A stretch of 57,753 nucleotides of DNA, taken from IMG/VR virus record IMGVR_UViG_3300037156_000089, positions 1 to 57,753 of that record. One strand, given 5' to 3'. A program made the position numbers and the translations under genes. The first letter of the stretch is position 1; every line of letters begins with the position of its first letter. This DNA is from a virus. Lineage: Duplodnaviria > Caudoviricetes. The notes under the pieces were generated by a model, which was not told where the DNA came from, searched no databases, and worked only from the letters and a program-made list of their open reading frames with translations. This document shows, one piece after another, positions 17,355 to 26,660 of the stretch.

Positions 17355-17905
17355 GGCACGATCTGACCGCCGAAGAACTACGCGCTTTGCTGGATTATGA
17401 TCCTGTGGCTGGTGTTTTTATTTGGAAAACACGTACAGAAATGACGCGTGAAGATAAGATATTTAACACGAAATGTGCTGGAAGATTAGCAGGAACGCAT
17501 GACGATAACGGATACAATCAGATCCGCATTCATGGTTATACTTATCGCGCCCATCGCCTCGTCTGGTTGCATGTCTATGGAAGGTGGCCATTGCATGTGA
17601 TTGACCATGAGAATGGTGTAACGGGGGATAATCGTCTTTCTGAACTACGCGAGGCGACGCGCGCCGAGAATCAGCAGAATCAAAAGTTAAATTCTCGAAA
17701 TAAAAGTGGTGTAGATGGCGTATCTTGGGACAAGAAACGAGAAAAGTGGCGTGTCTGCATAGGAGTAGACGGAAAACATAACCATATTGGTCGGTTCTCC
17801 GACTTCGATGAAGCATGCGCCGCTCATGTAAAGGCCAAAGCCAACTTTCATAAGTTCAATCCCGCTCATCGTAATCACTCGATCACCGTTCGGGAGGTCG
17901 CATGA
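17351..17905 (+). CDS. HNH endonuclease with AP2-like domain
   Basis: YRAHRLVW; IDHENGVTGDNRLSELREA; NKSGVDGVSW; AT-richer. Confidence 0.9.
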   Translation: MRHDLTAEELRALLDYDPVAGVFIWKTRTEMTREDKIFNTKCAGRLAGTHDDNGYNQIRIHGYTYRAHRLVWLHVYGRWPLHVIDHENGVTGDNRLSELREATRAENQQNQKLNSRNKSGVDGVSWDKKREKWRVCIGVDGKHNHIGRFSDFDEACAAHVKAKANFHKFNPAHRNHSITVREVA

Positions 17906-18450
17906 TCTGGCTTGGTTGGACACTCGAATCCGAGACTGAACTGCGCAGGCTTCATGCGCGCGGATTGAGCTTCGGCACGATCGCCAAAGAACTCGGCGCA
18001 ACACGCAATTCCTGCATTGGCAAGGGCAGGCGCCTTGGTCTCGAAGCGCGGAACTCGCCGATCCAGATCGTAGAAGTCGCGGTTTCCGTGAATGGGCGCC
18101 CCATCTTCGTGACCGAACCCATCGTCGTGGCAAAGCCCCCGCGCGCCCGGCCCAAGTCTTCGGCGGATGTTGTGCCGATCCATGTCCCGCTTACGGACAC
18201 AACACCGCCGGAGGCTTTGCCGGGCGTCGGCTTTATGCAGCAGCGGGACGGTCTTTGCCGGTTTCCGATCAGCGAGGAAACCAGCTTCGAGCTATTCCGC
18301 GCCTGCGGATGCCCCTGCAATATCGAAAAGCCCTATTGCGCCGAGCACACGAAGCGCGCCAGCGCCGGCCGTCCTGTCCCTGCGCCCCGCGTACGGCAGA
18401 GGGGCGGAATGATGCCCCGCAACCACGTATTCGCGGGGGTGGCGGAATGA
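17902..18450 (+). CDS. gcrA: GcrA-family cell-cycle regulator homologue
   Basis: WT..LRRLHARGLSFGTIAKELGATRNSCIGKGRRLGL; CRFPI..CG..PYCAEH. Confidence 0.9.
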   Translation: MIWLGWTLESETELRRLHARGLSFGTIAKELGATRNSCIGKGRRLGLEARNSPIQIVEVAVSVNGRPIFVTEPIVVAKPPRARPKSSADVVPIHVPLTDTTPPEALPGVGFMQQRDGLCRFPISEETSFELFRACGCPCNIEKPYCAEHTKRASAGRPVPAPRVRQRGGMMPRNHVFAGVAE

Positions 18451-19040
18451 GCGCGACCGTCAGCCACACGAGCGAGAAGAAAGCAATTCAGGCGCACCTC
18501 TGGGCGCGCGATCCTCTTGACTATTACACCGAGCCGAGTTGGATCTCCGAAAGGCTTTTCGCGGTCGAGAAGTTCGAAGGCGATATCGTCGATCCGGCTT
18601 GTGGCTCGGGGCGCATCGTGCGCGCCGCGCGCGCCGCTGGGTTGCACTCCTTCGGCACGGACATCAAGAAGCGGTGCGAGGAATGCCTAGTCGTCCGCGA
18701 CTTCCTCGGCGAGACCGGCGCGCGATACGACAACATCGTCTCTAATCCTCCCTTCAAACACGCTGAGGCATTTATCGACCTCGCGCTCAAGCGGACAGAG
18801 CGCAAGGTCGCGATGATCCTGCCTGCGAAGTTCATGTCGGGCGACAAGCGTTCGCGCTGGCTTGAGACGACGCCGCTCCGCAGGGTTCTCCATATCACGC
18901 CCCGGCCTTCTATGCCGCCCGGCGCAGTCATCGAAGCCGGTGTTTCTCCCGGCGGCGGGAAGGAAGATTTCGCGGTCCTCATCTGGCTCAAAGGCTTCGA
19001 CGGCAAGCCCGAAACCGGCTGGCTCAGGAGGCAGGCATGA
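18447..19040 (+). CDS. DNA amino-methyltransferase (orphan)
   Basis: DYYTEP; IVDPACGSG; IVSNPPF. Confidence 0.85.
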   Translation: MSATVSHTSEKKAIQAHLWARDPLDYYTEPSWISERLFAVEKFEGDIVDPACGSGRIVRAARAAGLHSFGTDIKKRCEECLVVRDFLGETGARYDNIVSNPPFKHAEAFIDLALKRTERKVAMILPAKFMSGDKRSRWLETTPLRRVLHITPRPSMPPGAVIEAGVSPGGGKEDFAVLIWLKGFDGKPETGWLRRQA

Positions 19041-19228
19041 GCGTCGAATGGGGCCACAAGGAAAACGATCTGCGCAGCAAAGAACGCCTCTGGGTCAAAG
19101 GCCCGGAAGACGTGTCCATGCAGAAGCGGCTTCGCGCCGTACGCAGGAAGGATGCAGGGCTCAGCCGGGCGCAAGCCGCCTATTGGGTCGCCTCTGCTGA
19201 ACGGCAAACACTACGGGGGGTGGCATGA
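19037..19228 (+). CDS. Hypothetical protein
   Basis: ATGA overlaps at both ends; AGGAGG RBS. Confidence 0.55.
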   Translation: MSVEWGHKENDLRSKERLWVKGPEDVSMQKRLRAVRRKDAGLSRAQAAYWVASAERQTLRGVA

Positions 19229-19797
19229 GCGATCCAAGGAAGAATCCCGTCACCCCTGAAAAGTTGCACGCAATGATTCGGCTCCATCAAAAAGGCTGGA
19301 ACCATGCGCAGATCGGCCACCATTTGGGCTTCGCCAGTTCAACGGTGACGACCCGGCTCGGGCGGCATTACGATGAAGTCACGTCCAGGGGGAAGGCTCT
19401 CCCCGAACGCGAAACTCGCCTCGACATAAAGCAGGTCGCGCACTTCAAGCCATCGGACGAACCGATGCTTCGCGAGCTTTACGCGGCGGGCATTCCCTAT
19501 GCTGCGCTGACGAAAGCATTCCCCGGCCAGACAGTCGACTCGCTTTATGGGGCGATCAAACGGCTTGGCCTTCCGGGCCGGGGTGGCCGATCGCGCAACT
19601 CCGAGACGGTGGAGGAGTACGAGGTCAAGCAAAAGACCGCGCCCCCCGCCATGTGCGAGGCGATCGAAGACCGCATCAGCGAGCTCGCCAAGCGCGGCCT
19701 CGGTCCCATGCTCATCGCAACCCATACACGCCAGCCTTATCGGGTCATCAATGAGACGATGGAGCGGCTGGGACTGCTTCGGGCGGTGGGGGCATGA
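19225..19797 (+). CDS. Multi-HTH DNA-binding protein
   Basis: GWNHAQIGHHLGFASSTV and further HTH-like repeats. Confidence 0.65.
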   Translation: MSDPRKNPVTPEKLHAMIRLHQKGWNHAQIGHHLGFASSTVTTRLGRHYDEVTSRGKALPERETRLDIKQVAHFKPSDEPMLRELYAAGIPYAALTKAFPGQTVDSLYGAIKRLGLPGRGGRSRNSETVEEYEVKQKTAPPAMCEAIEDRISELAKRGLGPMLIATHTRQPYRVINETMERLGLLRAVGA

Positions 19798-21254
19798 ACG
19801 CGCACACGAACCCACCCGTGCTTGAGCGCGCCCCGCCGGCGAGCATACCGGCAGAGCAAGCCGTCCTTGGCACGCTTCTTATGCGGAACGACCTTTTCCA
19901 GCGGATTGCCGGCATCCTGAAGCGCGAGCACTTTTTCGAAGAGCTTCACGCACGCATCTTCGAAGTGACAGCTGAGCTCATAGCTTCGGGAAAGACCGCC
20001 TCGGTGATCTCTCTTCCGACCTTTCTCGGGAACCACGATCTCGGTAACGGGATGACGATTGTTCGTTATCTCGCCCAGCTCTCCGCCGAATGCGGGAACC
20101 CCGCGCACGTCGTCGATTATGCGGTCTGCGTTCGGGATCTCGCGGCGCGCCGGCAGATGATCGCGGTCGCCGAAACCCTCATCGGCAAGGCTTACGATCT
20201 GCCCGTCCAGACGACGCCAGCTTCGATTGCGAGCGATGCGACGACGGAATTCCTTTCGATCACTTCGACGGGGGCGGTGACGGATACAATGCGAGATCCG
20301 GGGAACAGCGCAGCCGCGCTCATCCAGCGGGCGACGGACCTTCGCGACAAGAAGATTTCGGACGCGGGCGCCACAACGGGGATCTCGGCCCTTGATCGCA
20401 GCACGGGCGGTTTTCAGCCCGGCGCGCTTTGGGTGGTCGGGGCACGGCCTGGCATGGGTAAGTCAATTATGATGACCTCGTGCTCGCTTAAAGCGGCCCG
20501 TGCGGGCTCTGGGGTGCTTGATTTCTCCCTTGAAATCTCCGAGCCGCAGTTCGTGGCTCGGATGCTCTCCGACCTCGCCTATGACGCTAACAGGCGGGCT
20601 CTGCCGTTTGGAAACATCCTTCGCGGATACGTCAGCAACTCCGACATTGTGCGGCTGGATGACGCCAGCCGGATCTTGCGTGAATTGCCGATCTCGGTCG
20701 ATTTCGCCTCCCGCCTCACGGTCGCTCAAATCACGATGCGCGTCCGGGCGGAGAAGAAGCGCATGGCCGAAAAGGGCCAAAGCCTCCGCGTCATCTTCCT
20801 CGATTACCTCAAGATGATTCAGGCCTCGGATAGATACCGGGGAAACCGCGTCTACGAGGTCGGCGAGATCTCGGGCGGGCTCAAGCAACTCGCAAAGGAC
20901 GAAGAGATCTGCGTCGTTCTCCTGGCGCAGCTAAATCGCGGTCTCGAAAACCGGGAAGACAAGCGGCCGCAACTGTCGGACCTCCGCGAATCCGGCGATC
21001 TGGAAGCGGATGCCGATGTCGTCGCCTTCATCCATCGGGAAGCCTATTTCCTCGAACGCTCCCCAGACCTGAAATCAACCAATGCCGAGAAGTCCGGAAT
21101 CGCCACGGCCCTTCTGATGGCCGCGCAGGGCAAGATGGAACTCATCATCGGGAAGAACCGTGCCGGCCCCATGGAGACGCTCAACCTTCTTTGCGAGGTT
21201 GGGGCCTCAAGGATCGACGAAGACCCGTCGCAGACGCGCGCAGAGGGATTTTAG
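19794..21254 (+). CDS. dnaB: DnaB-like replicative helicase
   Basis: AEQAVLG; GARPGMGKS; LDYL; LAQLNRGLENREDKRPQLSDLRESGDLEADAD; KNRAGP. Confidence 0.95.
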   Translation: MNAHTNPPVLERAPPASIPAEQAVLGTLLMRNDLFQRIAGILKREHFFEELHARIFEVTAELIASGKTASVISLPTFLGNHDLGNGMTIVRYLAQLSAECGNPAHVVDYAVCVRDLAARRQMIAVAETLIGKAYDLPVQTTPASIASDATTEFLSITSTGAVTDTMRDPGNSAAALIQRATDLRDKKISDAGATTGISALDRSTGGFQPGALWVVGARPGMGKSIMMTSCSLKAARAGSGVLDFSLEISEPQFVARMLSDLAYDANRRALPFGNILRGYVSNSDIVRLDDASRILRELPISVDFASRLTVAQITMRVRAEKKRMAEKGQSLRVIFLDYLKMIQASDRYRGNRVYEVGEISGGLKQLAKDEEICVVLLAQLNRGLENREDKRPQLSDLRESGDLEADADVVAFIHREAYFLERSPDLKSTNAEKSGIATALLMAAQGKMELIIGKNRAGPMETLNLLCEVGASRIDEDPSQTRAEGF

Positions 21255-21256
21255 CA

Positions 21257-21811
21257 ATGAGCGTGAGCCCGACACTCCGAGACATCCGCTTTAGGTTCGA
21301 TATGCTTCATGACCCCGCGGTCCTGGCCTTATCTCCTGAAGCATTTAAGGCGCTCATGGAGCTGGTTAAGTATGTGGCCGCGGGTCAGGTCTGGACCTAT
21401 TCCGCGCCAAGCGACGGCAGTTTGCATAGTGACGATAAGCGACTGAGCCTGATGCTGGCCGTCGATCTTGATGACTGGCTACGGGTCAAGGCGAGTGTCC
21501 TCGCGTTTTTCGAGATGCGGGACGGACGGCTATTTCTTAAGCCAGATTGGATTTTGATCGTCGGCGGCTCTGAGCGCCCGGTTATATCCGCGGCGATCCG
21601 GATGGCCGTCATGCGTCGAGATAACTGGACCTGCGGCTACTGCGGCACCACCGAGGCCCCGTTTGATCTCGATCATATTATCCCGGTAAGCCGGGGCGGG
21701 AGCAATTCTGACAAGGAAAACCTGATCTGCGCGTGCGCCAAATGCAATCGGTCAAAGGGTGCGGACACTCCGGCCGAATGGCTGAATCGCGCGCCTAAAG
21801 GGGGGCTGTGA
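21257..21811 (+). CDS. HNH endonuclease with DUF1376-like N-terminus
   Basis: RDNWTCGYCG..LDHIIPVSRGGSN..NLICACAKCNRSKG. Confidence 0.85.
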   Translation: MSVSPTLRDIRFRFDMLHDPAVLALSPEAFKALMELVKYVAAGQVWTYSAPSDGSLHSDDKRLSLMLAVDLDDWLRVKASVLAFFEMRDGRLFLKPDWILIVGGSERPVISAAIRMAVMRRDNWTCGYCGTTEAPFDLDHIIPVSRGGSNSDKENLICACAKCNRSKGADTPAEWLNRAPKGGL

Positions 21812-22779
21812 TGGTCGCGTTTTACAAGCACGACATACCGCACTGGCGCGGCGGCACCGCTAGTCTCTCGGATCGGGCGTACCGCGTCTATCACGTCATC
21901 GTCGAGGAAATCATGATGCAGGAAGGCTCCTTCCCGCTTCACGAGCGATCGCTTGCAGGTATGGCGAACAGGTCTGTCCGCGACTGCAAGCTTGCGCTCA
22001 ACGAGCTTGTGGCATGTGGAAAAATCAAGATCGAGGGCGGCCGGATCTTCAACGAACGGGCCGAAAAAGAACTCGATTGGATTCGTGAAAATCGGAAAAA
22101 CGCAGCAGCTGGCGGGAAAAAAACAGCCGAGAAGGTCTCGACTACTCCGCGAGATGATCTCGACTGGTCAGCGACCACGCCGCGAGAGGCCGTCGAGAAT
22201 ATTGGAAGACACAATGAAATCAGTAGCGCTGTTGAAGCGGCGCTTGATGCAGCTAACAAGCCTAAAAGAGAAGAGAAGAGAAGAGAAGAGAAGAAAGAAT
22301 CCTTTCCCCCAGCATTGAGCTTGATCCCCGCGACGGCCGAGCCGCCCGCGACCGAGAGCGCTGTTGTTGAGCTGAAGAAAGGAATTGTCCAAGCGTTCAT
22401 TCGGGCAGGGAGCATGAACACGAACCCCGACACGCACCAGGCGTCCCTTTGGATTTCGCTAAAGTACCACCCCTCGGTTTGCCTCGCTGTCATCGAGGGG
22501 ATTTTGGCGAAGAACCCGAACGTCCGTTCGCTGAGCTATTTCGATTCCGCGATCCAGCAGGCGCACGAAAAGCTTATCCCCGACTTGCCGCCCGAGAAGC
22601 CCATGGAGCCGAAGTTCGATCTCGGCTGTGGGGTTGTCATGCCAGCCTCCTTGATTGCCATCCATGTGGCTAATTTCACGAAGACGGGGCACTGGCTCGG
22701 GATGCTCGGCCCACCCCCCGGCGAGCACGGTTGCCGCATCCCCTCGCAATTCCTCCCGAAAAAGGAACAGGCAGCATGA
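21808..22779 (+). CDS. DUF1376/YdaU-like replication initiation protein
   Basis: FYKHDIPHWRGGTASLS..IFNERAEKEL..AAGG; EKRREEK linker. Confidence 0.75.
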   Translation: MMVAFYKHDIPHWRGGTASLSDRAYRVYHVIVEEIMMQEGSFPLHERSLAGMANRSVRDCKLALNELVACGKIKIEGGRIFNERAEKELDWIRENRKNAAAGGKKTAEKVSTTPRDDLDWSATTPREAVENIGRHNEISSAVEAALDAANKPKREEKRREEKKESFPPALSLIPATAEPPATESAVVELKKGIVQAFIRAGSMNTNPDTHQASLWISLKYHPSVCLAVIEGILAKNPNVRSLSYFDSAIQQAHEKLIPDLPPEKPMEPKFDLGCGVVMPASLIAIHVANFTKTGHWLGMLGPPPGEHGCRIPSQFLPKKEQAA

Positions 22780-23204
22780 GCAATGGATTTCGGACTTTCG
22801 GATTTGAAACCAAGGTCTCGTTTCTCGCTTGGGAGGAGCACAAAGATCACCCGAACTATCTCGCCTCTATCCGGGGATCTGCTGGGCGAGCTTTGGCGGA
22901 GAAGATCTTGGCCGACGCTGCTGTCTACAAACGGATCGACCTGCCCGACTGCGACCCCTTCGGCAAAGTCTCCCACCGCTGGACGGTCGGTATCCAGACG
23001 GACCTTTCCGAGATCGCAGCGCGGGAGGTTGAGAAGGAAATCGCTCGGATCGAAGGGCGCAGGGAAGCCGCTGCGGTCTGCCTCGCGGCTGCAAGTCGTT
23101 ATCGGCGGCAAGACGGCGGATGCGCCTATGTGATCGCCTCTGCGCTGGAAGATGCAGCAAGGGCAATTCAGACCGCAACAGATCAGGGGAGGGCAGGGGA
23201 ATGA
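22776..23204 (+). CDS. Hypothetical protein
   Basis: ATGA-coupled. Confidence 0.6.
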   Translation: MSNGFRTFGFETKVSFLAWEEHKDHPNYLASIRGSAGRALAEKILADAAVYKRIDLPDCDPFGKVSHRWTVGIQTDLSEIAAREVEKEIARIEGRREAAAVCLAAASRYRRQDGGCAYVIASALEDAARAIQTATDQGRAGE

Positions 23205-23371
23205 TCTGGCTCATCAAGTTCCTAATCTTCGGCCACGCCCATAAGTGGGAGACGATCAAAACCGAGAAGTTAAGCGACATCATCGTTGAAGGGGCGCCCG
23301 GACACCACGGCTCCCGCTACATCTGCCGTTGCACCAAGTGCGGCTCTATTCGGAAATTCGACTGCTTCTAG
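23201..23371 (+). CDS. Small Zn-ribbon protein (DUF1660-like)
   Basis: IFGHAHKW...CRCTKCG. Confidence 0.6.
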   Translation: MIWLIKFLIFGHAHKWETIKTEKLSDIIVEGAPGHHGSRYICRCTKCGSIRKFDCF

Positions 23372-23459
23372 GACATGAGGGGATCACCCCATTCCTTATT
23401 CACATCAGCGGCTTGCGGCTATTTCTAGCCTCGAAGGAAATCACCGTCTAGGAGGCCAC

Positions 23460-24002
23460 ATGAGCAGACCCGGTCGCAAACGTAAGATGGCACCACGCAC
23501 CCCCTGCGGAAAAATCAAACTGAGAAGGCCGACCATGACCGAACTCGCAACCCTCGACCGCGAAGCCCGTCAATCCGAAATGCAGGTCGTCTTGCTCCAG
23601 CCTCACCGCCTGGGCGATACGGACCAATTATGCGTCTCGGCCCTAGGAAGGTTCGTGAAGGCCCATAAACTGCGTCGGGAGTACCATGACGCCGCGGAGA
23701 GTTATGCGGGCCTGGTGCGCCGCCTGTGGGCCGCCAAGGGGGTTCCTACAGACCAGAGGTCGGGTGAAACTGGTTCCGGCATCGGTCCATCCGACGCGAC
23801 CGTGCGCAAATGGGAAAAAGAAGAGCTTGCGGTCCGGACGGCTTTGATGCGGGTCCACACGCAGGCGTTCCTGACGGTGCGGCGTGTGGCGATTGAGGAC
23901 CGGGAGATTCGGGACGAGATGGCACAGTTCCTGATCGCAGGGCTGAAAGTGGTGGCGGTCGAATACGGCATGGCGAGGGCTGGCGATCACCCTTTCCGAT
24001 AA
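23460..24002 (+). CDS. Putative late-gene regulator (Q position)
   Basis: AGGAGG RBS; MSRPGRKRK basic N-terminus; last early gene before a TTGACA promoter. Confidence 0.55.
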   Translation: MSRPGRKRKMAPRTPCGKIKLRRPTMTELATLDREARQSEMQVVLLQPHRLGDTDQLCVSALGRFVKAHKLRREYHDAAESYAGLVRRLWAAKGVPTDQRSGETGSGIGPSDATVRKWEKEELAVRTALMRVHTQAFLTVRRVAIEDREIRDEMAQFLIAGLKVVAVEYGMARAGDHPFR

Positions 24003-24027
24003 AATGGGCCATGGTCCAGATGTCAGC

Positions 24028-24056
24028 TTGACAGCTTATCGCAAATCAGTCAGGTT
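24028..24056 (+). promoter_or_regulatory. Putative late promoter (PR'-like)
   Basis: TTGACA at 24028 just after the Q-position gene; weak -10. Confidence 0.5.
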
Positions 24057-24079
24057 TTCCGATATCCAAAATCCAAACC

Positions 24080-25130
24080 CGCGCCCGGAGCTGAATAAAC
24101 GCCCGGGCGTGATTCGTTTAAGCGCCCGTCTGGTCCCATGATAGGCTTGGCGGCGCATGAAAAGGCCATGGCTTTGGCCTCAGTGGCGGTGGCGTCTTCT
24201 TGTCCGGTGGGCGCCACCGCCGCGCACCTTTTCAAGTTTCACGGTAAGTGCCTGGCGCAGTCCTCGCTCGCTGCACCTAGTTTGTCCTAGGCATCTGACA
24301 ACCCGCCGGGGCGGGCCGTGAGTTCAGTTTCAGAGTTTGCCGCGTAGGCAAGAAAGTCAGGCAGGTTCAATTCCTGCTCGCTGACCGAGATCAGGTGAAA
24401 TGACGGTTCAAATCCGTCCGGCGCTTTCGAGCGCTCGCAGTCCGCAGGGGTGTGCGGAGGTCTAACGTTTCAGGGCCATCCTCCGGGGTGGCCCTTTTCA
24501 ATTCAAGGACCGAACCCATTCCGAAATGGAATGAGTTTGAATTCCGGCAGGGTTAGATTAAGTGCAATACCGCCGCCCCGCCATCCACGTAGGGCAGGGC
24601 AGGCCTCAAGCCTATTTCTGCGCCGGGTATAGCCAGAACCTAATCGAAGGCATCGGCCGGGCGCCCTAGCGCCGCGCCTTCCATCCTTTCGTCGGGCCGT
24701 GCTCGAGCCCGATGCTGAGACAGCGCGCACCTCTCCGGAGCAAGCGGGCCTCGTAAGTTTCGCCCGAAGGGGCGTCCGACTCCCAGGGCAGTTTGGGCCT
24801 GCCTTACCTCCGCGCCGGTTTCCGGGGTCAGCGCGACAGGGACAAATGAAACCGGCGCGCAAGGCGCTCCAATAGGAGGCCGCAAGCGCGACAATTCGCC
24901 CGAACGGGCAACGATGGCGCCCGCTGCATCAAAGGTGCAGCCCGGTTCAAACGATGGCGAGTTCGCGCCGTGGGCCATGAAGTTTGTGCGGCGGCGGAGT
25001 TCTGGAACAAGCCAGATTAAAGCGGAGGCACCTTCCCGCGCCTCACCCGCACAATTCAATCGCATCCAACCGGCAGGCATCGAACCCTCGCCCGGCTAAG
25101 TCTCAGCGGACAGGTGCGACCTCATGATGG
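24080..25130 (+). ncRNA. Highly structured non-coding region with tRNA-like fragments
   Basis: No convincing ORF; two T-arm hairpins (24361-24377, 24402-24418) and many GC stems. Confidence 0.45.
24472..24499 (+). terminator. Rho-independent terminator (tR'-like)
   Basis: AGGGCCATCC-TCCG-GGGTGGCCCT-TTTC. Confidence 0.7.
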
Positions 25131-25239
25131 CTGGACGGCTAAACGCAACGCGCCGTCCGCACCACCCACGGTAATAATCAAACAGATCCCGTGCACAACG
25201 GTTTCAGCTAAGCCGCAAACTCTTTCCCCAGAGAGCCCC

Positions 25240-25413
25240 ATGCCCGAACCTCATCAGGCCATCACCCGTGTCCTCGTCACAGAGTTCGGTGAGCAAATCC
25301 GGGCCATGCAGCCCGTCGCCATAGAACCCGGCTCAGACTTCGATCGGGAGTGTCGTGAAATATTGGAGCGGATCGAGAGCGCCTATACCAAAATAAAGGC
25401 CGATGGAAACTAA
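25240..25413 (+). CDS. Small hypothetical protein
   Basis: GAGAG RBS; MPEPHQAITRV. Confidence 0.5.
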   Translation: MPEPHQAITRVLVTEFGEQIRAMQPVAIEPGSDFDRECREILERIESAYTKIKADGN

Positions 25414-25453
25414 TAACTCATTGTGCCGAAAGTAAAACATCGTAGAATCAAAA

Positions 25454-25515
25454 CGGGCCGCAAGTGATTTATCAGATCACAAGCAGCCCTAACCAAACCG
25501 CTGTAAGGAGCGATT
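25454..25515 (+). promoter_or_regulatory. Structured leader, copy 3 of 3
   Basis: GGGCCGC-AA-GTGATTT/AGATCAC-AA-GCAGCCC-TAACC..CGCT..GGAGCG..ATGGCT. Confidence 0.7.
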
Positions 25516-26049
25516 ATGGCTAAGGTCAAAGATACCCCGACTTGCGGGGATTTACAAACGCGCCTCGATTACGACCCTGATACCGGCGTTTTCACTTGGA
25601 AAGCGCGGTTGGAAGGTACTCGCCAGAGCCGTCATTTCAATACGGTCTACGCTGGGAAGGTTGCAGGTAGCGTCGAGACGACCGGATATCGGGTAATCTG
25701 GATCGATGGGAAGCGTTATAAGGCGCACCGCCTCGCGATGGTCTACATGAGCCACGCTGTTGAATGTATTCAGGTCGACCACATCGATGGCGACAAAGAG
25801 AATAACCGTTATTCGAACCTACGGCTCGCAACCCCATCTGAAAACTCTCAGAACCTTGCAGCGCCAGCAGGTAGGCTTATGGGCGCGTACTTCCGCCCGA
25901 AAGACGGCTTCTGGGTCGCCAGCATCCGCCTCAATAGGCGCTCTCACTATCTCGGCTGCTTCTCAAGCGCCGAACTTGCTCATGACGCTTATACCTCCGC
26001 AAAATCCAGACTTCACATATTCCAGCCCACTTTGAGAGTGGCCCGCTAG
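25516..26049 (+). CDS. HNH endonuclease with AP2-like domain
   Basis: LDYDPDTGVFTW; YKAHRLA; VDHIDGDKENNRYSNLRLAT. Confidence 0.9.
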   Translation: MAKVKDTPTCGDLQTRLDYDPDTGVFTWKARLEGTRQSRHFNTVYAGKVAGSVETTGYRVIWIDGKRYKAHRLAMVYMSHAVECIQVDHIDGDKENNRYSNLRLATPSENSQNLAAPAGRLMGAYFRPKDGFWVASIRLNRRSHYLGCFSSAELAHDAYTSAKSRLHIFQPTLRVAR

Positions 26050-26160
26050 CATGCGCCAAAGGCTCGCGGAGATCGAGCGCAGGATCGCCGCTGATAAGGC
26101 GACGGAGAGTTAAGCTGCGTCCCACCAATAATTAATCCATCCAAACCCAAGAGGTCTGAA

Positions 26161-26646
26161 ATGAAAAAGAGCATTCTCGCCCTGTCGATGTTCGCCGCCC
26201 TGGTCAGCTCTACTGCCTATGCCGGAAACTATAGCGCCTATCCCTCTGCCGCAGGCGCCCTCACGGGCATCGAATCTATGCCGGCCGACACCAATCTCCC
26301 GAACGGGGCCAATCCCCAGACCGAAATCATCTCCGTTCAGTCCCTCCGCGCCAGCGCATACGCCCAGAGCACGCCGTCGACGGCCTTCTCGATCACCCCC
26401 GGCCTCGGCGTACAGGTCGTGCAGATCACCCCTGCCGGTACGCTCGCCACGGGAACGATCACCACCCCGGCGGCCCCGGTAGACGGACAGACGCTCCGCA
26501 TCTTCTCGACCCAGATCGTCACCGCCTTCACCCTGACGGCAAATACCGGGCAGACCATCAACGGCACTGCCGTGACCGCGCTCGCTGCGAACGTAGCTGT
26601 CACCTACATGTACTCGGCCGCAACTGCCGCTTGGTTCCGCATCTAG
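26161..26646 (+). CDS. Signal-peptide protein with virion fibre/decoration-type beta domain
   Basis: MKKSILALSMFAALVSSTAYA signal; ITPAGTLATGTITTPAAPVDGQ..W domain typical of phage structural proteins. Confidence 0.75.
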   Translation: MKKSILALSMFAALVSSTAYAGNYSAYPSAAGALTGIESMPADTNLPNGANPQTEIISVQSLRASAYAQSTPSTAFSITPGLGVQVVQITPAGTLATGTITTPAAPVDGQTLRIFSTQIVTAFTLTANTGQTINGTAVTALAANVAVTYMYSAATAAWFRI

Positions 26647-26660
26647 AGATCAGGTGTGCA

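Noticed and set aside
18447-21811. Restriction-modification system (MTase + HNH)
   Set aside because: MTase and nucleases are not adjacent as a pair; the HNHs look like homing or replication-region types
24338-24427. Functional tRNA gene
   Set aside because: T-arm present, but acceptor stem, D-arm and anticodon loop do not form a canonical cloverleaf; no CCA
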